Source: Tubiluchus corallicola
Lineage: Eukaryota; Animalia; Priapulida
NCBI GenBank assembly: GCA_030141605.1
Contig: JAQGDQ010001391.1
Coordinates: forward strand, 1-42,936
Reading direction: 5' to 3'
Length of the DNA: 42,936 nucleotides
Shown: one piece after another, positions 27,524-42,936 of the stretch
Layout of the letters: each line of letters opens with the position of its first letter
How positions within the stretch are numbered: the first letter of the stretch is position 1
The notes under the pieces: model-generated
What the model saw: only the letters and a program-made list of their open reading frames with translations
What the model was told of the DNA's origin: nothing
Databases searched by the model: none
Position numbers and translations under genes: made by a program

Positions 27524-28311
27524 AGCAGTTGTAATGATTATATTCATAATGGTGATAATGACGCAAATAAAATACTGGCAAAACGGTGATAACATTGATG
27601 ATGACGACACTATTGATGATGACGATAACGACGACGACAGTGATGATGACAACAATCATATTCAGTACAAACCTGTGTTTTCTACAGCAGTCGTGCTCGC
27701 ATCTTTACAAGATCACACACAGAAGCCTACCCCTGACGTGACTTACACATAAACAAATGCTTTCTCATTATCCTGCAATGCAACAGACTGATGCACTCGC
27801 GAGACAGCAGCCTCTTTTCATTCCCGCAAACCAGGGGGCAGCACTTTCATCAATTATACAGTCTCTGCTTCAACATCCAGAAACTTCAAAGATCTCGTAC
27901 AGCATTAGTGATGACGTCTCCACATTTCACAGTAGTTAAAATTTCTCTCTCTTTCTCTCTGTCTTAAAATCTCCTGTCTCGTCAGGCTTCACTGGCTGCT
28001 CTCTGTGATAAAATGTCCTGTTTCCGCGCTCCTCCGCTAGGTGCGCTGCATGCACAAGGCGGCTGATTTATGCCATAATAAACTCACAAACGTTTAATGA
28101 GACGAAAACGATGAGTTTAAGAGACTTTCTGCGCATGCGCTTGTAGTCTGTTTGCTTAGTCATTTTTAATTGGATTTTGATTAACTTTTCAGCTGCTGCA
28201 CGTTTTTATGTAAAAGTTAAAAGTTACTGTCATCATTATCATCATCATCATCATCATCATCTCATCATCAATCATCATCATCACCATCATTATCATCATC
28301 ACAACCACCAC

Positions 28312-28378
<67 letters not shown>

Positions 28379-28504
28379 TTCATCATCATCATCATTACCA
28401 TCATCATCATTACCATCATCATCAATCATCATCATCATCATCATCAATCATCATCATCATCATCATCATCAATCATCATCATCATCACCATCATCATCAT
28501 CACC

Positions 28505-28570
<66 letters not shown>

Positions 28571-28680
28571 TTCATCATCATCATCATTATCATCATCATC
28601 ATTACCATCATCATCAATCATCATCATCATCACCATCAATCATCATCATCATCATCACCATCATCATCATCACCACCACC

Positions 28681-28712
<32 letters not shown>

Positions 28713-28732
28713 TACCATCATTATCAATCATC

Positions 28733-28773
<41 letters not shown>

Positions 28774-29132
28774 ATCATCATCATTATCATCACCACCGTC
28801 ATCGTCATCACGAAGCGTTTCGCAAAGTTCCACTTGTTTTCATGAATTAATTATTTCAAATTTGAAATTTCAGCGTTAATGATCGTAATGGATTAAACCT
28901 ACAAATTTAAAATTTTGAAACGAAACTTTACAGTCAGGAAAGAAAAAATTAGATTTCGCGTAAATTCTTCTTACGATCATTTCTTGTAATTTAAAATTTC
29001 CGGTTCAATTCCTGGCTCAGTCACACTTTTTTACATTTTTTCTGCTAAATTTTGGTTGAAAAGTTTACATGCTATGGATTTATTGCACGATTGCAGTCAT
29101 AGAATCAATGTCACCAGGCTAAAAGAATTCCA

Positions 29133-29705
29133 TTAAGGCGCGTTCAAAGTAACGAGTTTTCTGTTGGGAGATTACTCTCTAACAGCAAACTCGCAAGTGT
29201 GAACTGCTTTGCGAGTAATTGTCGGGCAAGTCATTGCAAACTCTTCGGTAATTTCTGCGTGTTGATTTACTGTCTAGTGCGAACGCCTCGATTAGTTACT
29301 CTCGATAATTCTCGCTGTTAATAGAGAAATAAATGCCAGCTCGCGTTTATTGTCGGAGAATAACTCGCAGAACGTTTTGCTCTCTAGTCTGAACACACTT
29401 GCGAGTTACTGTCTAGTGTGAACGCCTCGACGAGTTACTCTCGATAATTCTCGCTGTTAATAGAGAAATAAATGCCAGCTCGCGCTTATTGTCGGAGAAT
29501 AACTCGCAGAAAGTTTTGCTCTCTAGTCTCAACACACTTGTGAGTTACTGTCTAGTGTGAACGCCTCGACGAGTTACTCTCGACACTTCTTGCAGTGAAT
29601 AGAGAAGTGAGTGTCAGCTAGCGTTTACTGTCGGAGAGTAACTCGCAGAAAGCTTTGCTCTCTAGTCTAAACACACTTGCGAGTTACTGTCTAGTGTGAA
29701 CGCCT
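29133..29705 (+). mobile_element. Harbinger-like element with 139-bp units, mirror copy
   Basis: Reverse complement of 13216..13788. Confidence 0.6.
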
Positions 29706-30213
29706 TTGTGGAAAAACAAAATTTACAAAATTGAGCCTACCTGTTGTTTTAGTTAATAATGTAAGATTGTGTATAGTGTAATTCTAATGCTTGTCTTTAA
29801 ATGTAGTTTACCAGAATTTTGAATATGATCTACAAAATAAGTTTGTTGAAAACTGTAATTATGTACTTAAACTTTAAAAATGGAATAAATTTTGTAATAA
29901 TAACGTAATATAACGTAATTGTAATATTTAACTATTGTAAATACCGTTTACTATTATTATTGTTGTTGCTTTGTTGTTGTCGTTGTTGTCATTGTTGTCA
30001 TCGTCGTTGTTGTTGTTGTTGTTGTTGTTGTTGTTGCTTTGTTGTTGTCGTTGTTGTCATTGTTGTCATCGTCGTTGTTGTCATTGTTGTTGTTGTTGTT
30101 GTTATTGTTGTCGTTTCATTGTTGTCGTTGTTGTTGCTGTTGTGGTTGTTGTAGTTGTTATTGTCGTTATTGTCGTTGTTGTCGTTGTTGTTGTTGTTGT
30201 TGTTGTTGTTATA

Positions 30214-30375
<162 letters not shown>

Positions 30376-30883
30376 ATTCCGAGTATTCCGAGTAGAATTA
30401 AACTAACAATTTGTTAAAGTTGTTATCATTTATGTTATTGGTCGAATCATACATCTATAAATTGGTCTTAAAATTATTAAATTTTTAACTAGAGATTAAA
30501 CGAATTGTAACTTTTCCAGCATTGTGGTGAGGAAAACTTTTTGCAGAACAATTTAAATCGTTTCCATGAAAATTTTAATTCGATTTTAGAGATTGCAAAT
30601 TATAATAAACTGGCAAAGCCAAAAACGAAATTTAATGCCATTGACTACTGTTCAACAATTCCAAAGAAAACCAGCTTCATAGTAACGTGTAAAACAGAAT
30701 GACCGAAAGTTCTTGCCATGTGAGGAAATCTGGCAATCTGACCACAAGAACCATAAGTTAGTGTAGCCTGTTTGACAATTTCGATAAAAGAGGGCAGCAC
30801 GTGATAAGGCTCACAACAAGAACCGGAAGCCTAAACGGAAAGTTGTTTCACGTGTCTGCTTAAATTTCTTCAAATTGATCGAC

Positions 30884-32412
<1,529 letters not shown>

Positions 32413-32518
32413 TTCTCTCATCTCTCTCCCTCCCCCTCTCTCTCTTCCTCTGTCTCTCCCCCTGTCTCTCCTTCTCTCCCCTTCTCTCTCTCTCTCTCTT
32501 CTGTCTCTCTCTCTTCTG

Positions 32519-32696
<178 letters not shown>

Positions 32697-33470
32697 CATC
32701 TCTCTCTCTCTCCATAGGCGGTTATACAAACATACTTTTAAAAAATATTACCAGGAAATGACTTCCTGTGTTGGTATTAAAAATCTGGGATAGCTGGAAT
32801 GATTACGGTAATACATGCACGTAGTTGACCGCTATGTGAACACTTCTTTGTTTCTGTGGATACAGACTCCCGTTACGCCCCCTGACAGAGGCTTTCTTTT
32901 TCAGGCAAAGTTTACCAGAATAACATAAACTATGAGTTACTTGGTGTGTTTAGACAGTGAACCTCGCTAGAATTAGGAAAGTGCAGCTGCTAATGTTCCT
33001 GTGAAACTTTGTAGTAAATAAACTCTTCGCAAACCTAAGTCACGGCGGAGCGGAAGCTTGAGTCTACGAAAAAACGTTCTCCTAGTTTTTATTAGTCTGC
33101 ATTTATCAAAAATGGTTTGGCAGTACGATAAATACTGATAAAAGTCTACAATGGGAAGACTTGCTGTATATCGTCGATCTACTTTTAATGAATAAAACTT
33201 ATATTTAAACTTTGATCATGTTTCTATTAAGCGGCAGTGATAAAAGACTACTGGCAAAGATGTAAACAGGTAATTTGTTTACAATGTGAATAGCCTAGAT
33301 CATAGTTCATCGAAACTAGTATCACATGCAGATGGGACGGCTCGCCCGGTCGAATTGTGGACCTCAGTGCTGCAAATTAAACTTCTGTTGATGACCAACT
33401 TACGTGTATTGTTGTCTTATTGCCAAATTAGCTTTTATTGGTGAGTGGAGACGATCACATTAGTCGCCTG

Positions 33471-34070
33471 TTGTAAACTAAAATTCTATTGGTGACGTTC
33501 TCATTGTTCTCCGGTTGAAAACTAAAGTTCTATTGGTGACGATCGCATTGTTCTCCGGTTGAAAACTAAACTTCTATTGGTGACGATCTCATTGTTCTCC
33601 GGTTGAAAACTAAACTTCTATTGGTGACGATCGCATTGTTCTCCGGTTGAAAACTAAACTTCTATTGGTGACGATCGCATTGTTCTCCGGTTGAAAACTA
33701 AACTTCTATTGGTGACGATCGCATTGTTCTCCGGTTGAAAACTAAACTTCTATTGGTGACGATCGCATTGTTCTCCGGTTGTAAACTAAACTTCTATTGG
33801 TGACGATCGCATTGTTCTCCGGTTGAAAACTAAAGTTCTATTGGTGACGATCGCACTGTTCTCCGGTTGAAAACTAAACTTCTATTGATGACGATCGCAT
33901 TGTTCTCCGGTTCAAAACTAAAGTTCTATTGGTGACGATCGCACTGTTCTCCGGTTGAAAACTAAACTTCTATTGGTGACGATCTCGTTGTTCTCCGGTT
34001 GAAAACTAAACTTCTATTGGTGACGATCGCATTGTTCTCCGGTTGAAAACGAGACTTTTATTAGTAACGA
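33471..34070. repeat. 44-bp minisatellite, mirror copy
   Basis: Reverse complement of 8845..9445. Confidence 0.95.
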
Positions 34071-34093
34071 TCTTATCAGTGAAACGTGTGGAA

Positions 34094-34546
34094 ATGACGC
34101 CAGACGACAGAAGAGAGAAACAGCCAATGACTGAAGTGTTACCCGCCTACACATTTGACGAGATTCTTGTAGAGGCGGGGGACCTTGGACGATGGCAGAT
34201 CTTCATGTTGCTCATCATCTCCTCGACGACGTTGGCGTTTGGTTTCCAAGCCACGGTAGCTCCATTTATCGCGGAGGTCCCAGATCATTGGTGTGCCGTC
34301 AGACAATTGAGTGCCCTTACTCCTGAACAGCAGAAGAACTATAGCATTCCGTACGATGAAAAGGAGAAGGAATATTCCAGATGTAAGGTGTACGTTGGAA
34401 GAGATTATGAGTTGGTCAAGTATTTGAGTGAGGAGGGAAACTTGACCAGGTTGCCACACATGTTTTATCAGACTGGCCAGGAGGTTGACTGTCCTGGACA
34501 ATATTGTTTTGACAGGCGTGCAGGGGGCGAAACAATCGTCTCGGAG
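34094..34546 (+). CDS. SLC22-family organic cation transporter (Orct/OCT-like), copy B, coding exon 1
   Basis: Mirror of 8371..8823. ATG at 34094, GTGAGT donor at 34547. Differs from copy A by V->I (GRWQI). Confidence 0.93.
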
Positions 34547-34556
34547 GTGAGTGCAT

Positions 34557-35815
34557 TCCGTCGGTCGGTCGGTCGGTCGGTCGATCATTTGTTCATTCAA
34601 CAATTGTTTGTTCAACAATTATTCGTTCATTCTTTCCTTTATATATTAATTTATTTATTCATTCATTCGTTCATTTATTTATTTATTCATTCATCCATCA
34701 TCCATCCATTCATTCACTCATTTACTTATTTATTCATTCAATCATTCGTTCATTTATTCATTCATTCGTTCGTTCGTTCATTCATTCATTCGTTCATTCA
34801 TTTATTTATTTATTTATTCATTCATTCATTGATTCATTCATTCATTTATTTATTTATTTATTCATTCTTTTGTTCATTTATTTATTTATTCATTCATTCA
34901 ATTATTTATTCATACATTCATTTATTCGTTCATTCTTTCATTTATTTATTTATTTATTCATTCATTCATTTGTTCATTTGTTTATTTATTCATTCATTCA
35001 TCCGTCATCCATCCATTCATTCATTCATTTATTCAGTCATTTACTTATTTATTCATTCATTCACTCAATCATTAGTTCATTCATTCATACATACATACAT
35101 TCATTCATCCATTCGTTCGTTCGTTCATTCATTCATTCATTCGTTCATTCATTCATTCATTCATTCGTTCATTCATTCATTCATTCATTCATTTATTCAT
35201 TCATTCATTGATTCATTCATTCATTTATTTATTTATTTATTCATTCTTTTGTTCATTTATTTATTCATTCATTCAATTATTTATTCATACATTCATTTAT
35301 TCGTTCATTCTTTCATTTATTTATTTATTTATTCATTCATTCATTCGTTCATTTGTTTATTTATTCATTCATTCATCCGTCATCCATCCATTCATTCATT
35401 CATTTATTCAGTCATTTACTCATTTATTCATTCATTCATTCAATCATTAGTTAATTCATTCATTCATACATACATACATTCATTCATCCATTCGTTCGTT
35501 CGTTCATTCATTCATTCATTCGTTCATTCTTTCATTTATTTATTTATTCATTCATTCATTCATTCTTTCATTTATTTATTTATTTATTAATTCATTCGTT
35601 CATTTATTTATTCATTCATTCATTCATTCAATTATTTATTCATACATTCATTCATTCGTTAATTCTTTCATTTATTTATTTATTCATTCATCCATCCATC
35701 CATCTATCCATTCTTTCATTCATTCACTCATTTACATATTTATTCATTTATTCATTCAATCATTCACTCATGAATCCACTCACTTATTTGTTCGTGCATT
35801 AGTTCATTCATTCGT
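34557..35815. repeat. Complex (ATTC)n/(ATTT)n satellite, mirror copy
   Basis: Reverse complement of 7120..8360 with local unit differences. Confidence 0.93.
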
Positions 35816-38004
35816 CTGTTTATTTGTGCATGAATATGTAAATATACGTTGTCAATTTGGACAAATGAAAAACTCACTCGCACTCTTCACAACATCCAGA
35901 TATTAAAGTCTTAAGAACAAATACAAGCCTCAAAAATGACAATTCTGTAAAACGCAAACTCGCTTTTATTTGCATATAAATGGAGTTGAGTTAAGTGGGA
36001 TTTATATATCTGATTAGATAGAAATGTGGACAAAACGCACTGCTGCTATGAGCGTTGCATCAAGTAGAAGGAATAATTTCACCCTGGAATATGAATTGTT
36101 CTGATACTTAATCAGCAGACGTCAATACTAGTACGCAGCAGTAGTAAACTTTAGTAAAAGAATTAAGTCACCTCTTTTACACGTTTGGCTGTAAGTTAAA
36201 ATAGATTTCGGTTGCGAGTGAGTGTGAACAATGCATTGAAATTCTGTCCTTTGCAGCGCATTTCTCATAATATCTATTAACAGTTTGACACTTGAATTGT
36301 TGCCATTGTCCATCAATTTCTGTGATTCTGTCAACCAATAATATAAGCCAGTAAAATGAGAAAGAAAAAATTGTTTAGAATACTGTTTCCAAAATGGAAT
36401 TTGCAAATAGAAGCCAAACGTGTCACGCTCTCGCTCATCATCAATACATTAATTATGTTAATTTCCGGCAGCCAAATGGTTATGGAAAAACATTTGCTTG
36501 ATTAAGCGGCATGTAGTGCTGCATGTGTTTGGGCTTTCAAAGCCAAATTCGAAGCTCGATTAAATTTTGCTCTTTCTTTGCTCTTTATTTGCCAAAACAT
36601 GTCATTCCATCTAAACATAATAAGAAATTAGTGCCAAAAAATAACAAATAAACAAATAACAAAAAAATAACACTAACCAAAAGTCATTTTTACATAATTA
36701 AGAGTGAGTTCTACACTGCACAATCGTATTAATTAATACCTAGCTGTTATTTTAAACTAAATTTAAGTTTTTTTAAGTAATTAGAGGATATACATACGTT
36801 ATTAGCCCCAAATCATAAGCAATTGTAACAGAAAACGACAATATCTTATCAACTTATGACACGTCTTCACTTCACAGTAGGCCTCTGATCCAGATCAAAT
36901 TGATCACGTGATTAGGCCAAAAATCACCACAATGTGGCCAAGGCCTACTTACTAGTAATACGAAATTTAAATTCACTTAGTTACGTTCCCTCATCAATGC
37001 TGGAATAACTGTAGACAACCGACATTGCTAGCGCGTGTGCAAAAATCATTGTTATTTTGAATTTATTGTCTACTACTTTCTTCTGTTAGGTGGAGTAATT
37101 TGAGTAACTGACATTTTGTTTTATCAGATACATCGCCCGTATAATGTATAGACAAGCGAAGTACAGTTTCGACAATTTTAAAAAATCGACATATTGCATT
37201 TTCACTTTTATTTCGTGGTGAGACAATGCGCCTAAAATAAATAACTGAAAGTATTTTGTGCACAAAACATATTTAGAAAAAGTCATAGAAAAGATTTACT
37301 GGGATGCGTAAAAGGGTAAAATGCAAAAAACCGGTCTGGGGGTAATTTTTTATACGAGAACTTAGTTACGAAACAAAAACAAAAGTTTGAAAAAATTGTG
37401 CACTGAAAATGCTTAGAACATTACAGCTAGCCACTCGGAAACAAACGAATTTTGATTTCATTGTAGCCTGAAGCATGCTGGTCGCTGTTAGTGGCCACAG
37501 TTTCTTGAAAAAAAGCTGTAATTTCAAAGAAAAATGCTCATGGTGACGATAAAGCTTGATTCTGCACACACAGAAATCAGAGACGTTTTACTGTGTTTTA
37601 ATAATTTCAATTTTACACTTGTTAATGCCACGTTTTGGTGTTATAGTTACTCATTAGACAGTAATAATAACTTGCTGCATATATGTAATAATTTTGGGTT
37701 AGCTAATATTAACTAAACTATTGGTATTAATCTCTACTAACTTAGCACTTTCTAATGCTGTACGTAACTTGAAGGTGTTTCACGTCCTGTACACGTGTTC
37801 AGTTCAAATTCAGTTTAATTTATTTTCACTTTCTTAATCTACAGTTATTTTAAGCCGCCCGGATATGTTCGAAATCCAGGCACCTCTTTGATACGAGTCA
37901 GACGAAAGCCTTAAAAAGTGATAAGTATATTCGCTCTTTTGTTTTGCCTTGTTATTCGTTCTTGTCATTCTCTTTGTTGTTGCTGTTGTTGTTGTTGTTG
38001 TTGT

Positions 38005-38176
<172 letters not shown>

Positions 38177-38422
38177 ACGAATTAGGTCGAATTGGCGTTG
38201 TTTACAATAATAATTTTCACGTTGTTTTTCACTATTATTACTACTGTTGGCATGATTATTGCTGTTGTTGTTGATGCTGCTGTTGTTGCTGTTGATGCCG
38301 CTGTTGCTGCTACTGTTTGCTATTTGCTGTAGCTGTTGTTGCTGTTTATGCTGTTACTCTTGCTAGTCCTACTGTTGTTACTGTTGGTATTGATGTCATC
38401 GTATTGTCGCTGTTGCTGTTGA

Positions 38423-38453
<31 letters not shown>

Positions 38454-39223
38454 ACTATTTGCTGTAGCTGTTGTTGCTGTTTATGCTGTTACTCTTGCTA
38501 GTCCTACTATTATTATTGTTCGCATTGATGTCATCGTATTGTTGCTGTTGCTGTTGGCGGTGGCTGTTGTAAAGTCGACCAAACGACACGTCAATGTTAA
38601 CAACTCTCATCTTTGTATGGCACCAATTTACATGCTTTGCTTTTGCTTGCTGCTAGTGTTGACATTACCAAGCAAAAGAAATAAGCACTGCGAGTCACTA
38701 ACCCCATTAATGTGTGGCTGGCCTGACTGGACGGCAAGGACGTAAGCATTAGACATTGAAATTCAACGTTTCGTAATAATCCGTCAATAAATGAACGAGT
38801 AATATGTCTTAAACGTTTATGAAATCTATTAGTTTAGGGTGAAATTGCTCACTGAAGATCAGCACTACCACTTCCGACACCACCACCACCACCAATACTA
38901 CCAACACCACAACAACCACCATCATCATCATCATCACCAGCACCTCCACCACCACCATCAACAATAACAACACCAATACTACCAACACCACCAACACCAC
39001 AACCACCATCATCATCATCACCAGCACCTCCACCACCACCATCAACAACAACAACACCAATACTACCAACGCCACAACCATCACCACCACCACCATCATC
39101 ATCACCACCACAACCATCACCAGCACCTCCACCACCACCACCACAACCACAACCATCACCAGCACCTCCACCACCACAACCACAACAATCACCAGCACCT
39201 CTACCACCATCATCATCGTCATT

Positions 39224-39254
<31 letters not shown>

Positions 39255-39483
39255 CCATCATCATAATCATAATTATCGTCATTTTCGTCATCATAATCAT
39301 TTTTTTCTTCGTCTTCTTCTTTTTCAACATTGACTGTCACACTAACAGTAGCCAAGAAACTGTATTTAATAGTAAAAAGACAACGTATATGAAGCAATTT
39401 ATAAAATTAAAAAGCATTAGTTCGAAATTTGCGTATTTTAGGTAACTGACGTCCTTGGTAATCGACCTAATTTATTTTTCTAG

Positions 39484-39587
39484 TGGAACTTGGTGTGTTC
39501 TGATGCCTGGTTGGCTGCCACAGCACAGGCGACCTTCATGTTGGGTTTTTTCATCGGGTGCCCATCGTTTGGTGCCCTAGCGGACAA
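39484..39587 (+). CDS. SLC22-family organic cation transporter, copy B, exon 2 (104 bp)
   Basis: TTTTTCTAG|TGGAACTTGGTGTGT...GCGGACAA|GTGAGT, encoding WNLVC...GALAD(K). Confidence 0.93.
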
Positions 39588-41027
39588 GTGAGTATCACAG
39601 ACTTTTTAAAAATAGGTGGCGCCACTTTGTTGCTTGTTTTCTGAGCAAAATTATGTGGGTACCAGTCTACTTGTTGATTCTAAACGTTCAACAGTTCAAA
39701 TGAAAACGAGCTGTGTTGTGGTTTCTAAAAATAGGTGGCGCCACTTTGCTATTCGTTTTCTGAGCAAAATTATGTGGGTACCAGTCTACTTGTTGATTCT
39801 AAACGATCAACAGTTCAAATGAAAGCGAGCTGTGTTGTGGTTTCTTTGTTTGAAGGTTTCTGTTTGTTTAGTATCACGGACGCCATTAAACCCAAAGAAA
39901 CGTGAACTTAGGTCACCTGCATGTGGTCAAAGAACCAGAGTAATTTATTCACGTATTTTTACCCAAACCCTCGTCCGAAGTGAACATGATTATTTTTTTA
40001 CTAAATATTGCTTATGAGCAACTGAATAACAGTGAATGTTTGGATTTACAAGACGAAATGAATAACGGACATCTTGTTTATGTAATTTGCTTAGTGTTTA
40101 TTGTCCATATGTCTGTCCAACGTCCAAACATGGCATTCCAGCCCCGAATCATGACCAATAAACCTCTTCACAGTTCCAGCGATTGATGATGATCGTGAAA
40201 AGGTCAAAGGTTAAGTGTACCAGACAACACATTTGTGTGCACTTGACAACGTCTTGCAGCCCGTACTATTGTAATAGTAACAGTTTTAACAGCTAGCTAG
40301 AACCTGTCCTAGTTCATCCTGACCGGGTCCACCAACGTTGTACAGAAATTTGAATTTGTGGACGTAAGTTTCAAAGCTAAAAGAGTCGATATCATCATGA
40401 CATATCTCATAGCATTTTACAACGCCTAGGCATTTCTTGGGACACTTATGGTAGCCCAAAGACAAAGTACATTGATTATAGTGACACAGGATCTTGTAAC
40501 ACTAAAGGATGTAATCACTCTTGCGAAAGCAGCACTTAATCAGCTGCTTGCACCATTCTCCTCTGTCAATGGTTCTTCTTGCAGTTGTCTTCCTTCTCTT
40601 CGATCTCCTGAAGCTATCTGTGCACAGATGGCGAACAGGACTACCTTCCAGAGTAAAATCTGACCACGAGCATGAAACGCATACGTGGCGGAACTCCTTC
40701 TTAATGCTGAAATCATCGTCAGAGCAAACGAGTCGTTCAAAAACTCCGTCGGAGAGCCGAAGCCAACCTTTGTTCGGTAGTTCTCGATGGAAGTAAACGG
40801 ATGCTTTCCTCCACTTATGGTAGCCCAATGAACAATGTAAGCATCAGGAACGCTCACAGTTTGGACATCATCATCGATCCAGAAATGATCAGTGGGAGTC
40901 TTGTCTTTCACCGTCTCTTTCTCTTTCTCAACATCTTCCTTACCATCTTTACGCTTCTTCCAACCAAAAAACTCGATGAGTGCTGTAGTAAATGACACCT
41001 GTATGCAAACAGTCAGCAACTTGGTAA

Positions 41028-42330
41028 TTGTGGACACAAAGACTGAAACCTGTAAACTTGTGGACACAAGGACTGAAACCTGTAAACTTGTGGACACAAA
41101 GATTGAAACCTGTAAACTTGTGAACACAAAGACTGAAACCTGTAAACTTGTGGACACAAGGACTGAAACCTGTAAACTTGTGGACACAAAGACTGAAACC
41201 TGTAAACTTGTGGACACAAAGACTGAAACCTGTAAACTTGTGGACACAAGGACTGAAACCTGTAAACTTGTGGACACAAAGACTGAAACCTGTAAACTTG
41301 TGGACACAAAGACTGAAACCTGTAAACTTGTGGACACAAGGACTGAAACCTGTAAACTTGTGGACACAAAGACTGAAACCTGTAAACTTGTGGACACAAG
41401 GACTGAAACCTGTAAACTTGTGGACACAAAGACTGAAACCTGTAAACTTGTGGACACAAGGACTGAAACCTGTAAACTTGTGGACACAAAGACTGAAATC
41501 TGTAAACTTGTGAACACAAGGACTGAAACCTTTAAACCTGTGGACACAAGAACTGAAACCTGTAAACTTGTGGACACAAGGACTGAAACCTTTAAACCTG
41601 TGGACACAAGGACTGAAACCTTTAAACTTGTGGACACAAGGGGGACTGAAACCTGTAAACTTGTGGACACAAGGACTGAAACCTGTAAACTTGTGGACAC
41701 AAGGACTGAAACCTGTAAACTTGTGGACACAAGGACTGAAACCTGTAAACTTGTGGACACAAGGACTGAAACCTGTAAACTTGTGGACACAAGGACTGAA
41801 ACCTGTAAACTTGTGGACACAAGGACTGAAACCTGTAAACTTGTGGACACAAAGACTGAAACCTGTAAACTTGTGGACACAAGGACTGAAACCTGTAAAC
41901 TTGTGGACACAAGGACTGAAACCTGTAAACTTGTGGACACAAGGACTGAAACCTGTAAACTTGTGGACACAAAGACTGAAACCTGTAAACTTGTGGACAC
42001 AAGGACTGAAACCTGTAAACTTGTGGACACAAAGACTGAAACCTGTAAACTTGTGGACACAAGGACTGAAACCTTTAAACTTGTGGACACAAGGACTGAA
42101 ACCTGTAAACTTGTGGACACAAAGACTGAAACCTGTAAACTTGTGGACACAAGGACTGAAACCTTTAAACTTGTGGACACAAGGACTGAAACCTGTAAAC
42201 TTGTGGACACAAGGACTGAAACCTGTAAACTTGTGGACACAAAGACTGAAACCTGTAAACTTGTGGACACAAAGACTGAAACCTGTAAACCTGTGGACAC
42301 AAGAACTGAAACCTGTAAACCTGTGAACAC
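41028..42330. repeat. 30-bp minisatellite, mirror copy
   Basis: Reverse complement of 607..1905. Confidence 0.97.
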
Positions 42331-42596
42331 GTTTTTTACTTGTACACAAAAATCCACAAAGAAAGTGACCCATGAAAAAAGATGTCCACAAATCCGTTTT
42401 GGCGTCCACAAAAATCGAGCACCCAAAAAAGGGACTGGTCCGAGGCAGATCCAAGCAGCGGGGGTTGTGCATTGGGGTAACTACCTAATAGTCCTTTTGT
42501 ACACAGAGAGTTTTACTTAGACCATTTCGGGTACGACACAGACACTCCACCTTTTCTCTTATCGTGTTACTTACTAATATTTTTTGTGTTTATCAG

Positions 42597-42751
42597 AAAA
42601 GGAAGACGACCCATATTGCTACTGTGCGCAGGAATATGCACAGTGTGCGCCATTGTTACAGCCATGCTGCCAAACTTTTGGGCTTATGCTGTCTTCAGGG
42701 TCCTGACCGGAGCAACATCTGCTGGGAGCTACAATAGCGGATACGTATACT
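42597..42751 (+). CDS. SLC22-family organic cation transporter, copy B, exon 3 (155 bp)
   Basis: TTTATCAG|AAAAGGAAGACGA...GTATACT|GTAAGC. One synonymous Thr difference (ACA vs ACT) from copy A. Confidence 0.93.
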
Positions 42752-42936
42752 GTAAGCAGCGCCCCTAGCGGACGTGGTGTAACGTTGGAATACTTTTTTC
42801 GTTTTTAGATACAGAAGTTGTGTTAAACTGCAGATATTCGTGTTATGTTTTTTAATTCTTTGCTTGATTTTTGTTGAGTTAATCATTGCAACGACGTAAA
42901 GACCATAAAAAAGTTATTATTATCGGTTAAACTGAT

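Overview
AT-rich, microsatellite-dense eukaryotic DNA, probably from an invertebrate animal. The whole window is one giant inverted duplication. Arm A (1..~20569) is the near-perfect reverse complement of arm B (~22357..42936), and base 1 pairs exactly with base 42936. The arms surround a non-duplicated spacer of about 1.8 kb, and both arm/spacer junctions fall inside (GAT)n/(ATC)n microsatellites. Each arm carries exons 1-3 (453/104/155 bp, canonical GT-AG) of an SLC22-family organic cation transporter gene. The two copies lie head-to-head, are transcribed outward and run off the window ends. Each arm also carries the same repeats: 30-, 37-, 44- and 139-bp minisatellites, a solo LTR (5-bp TSD) nested in an L2/CR1-type LINE 3' end, an RTE LINE fragment with a 15-bp TSD, a zinc-knuckle LINE fragment, Harbinger-like and Kolobok-like non-autonomous elements, and many simple repeats. 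The arms are about 99% identical by eye, with differences clustered in patches. The sequence alone cannot decide whether this is a real genomic palindrome or a fold-back/assembly chimera. Almost all long ORFs in the track are repeat artefacts.
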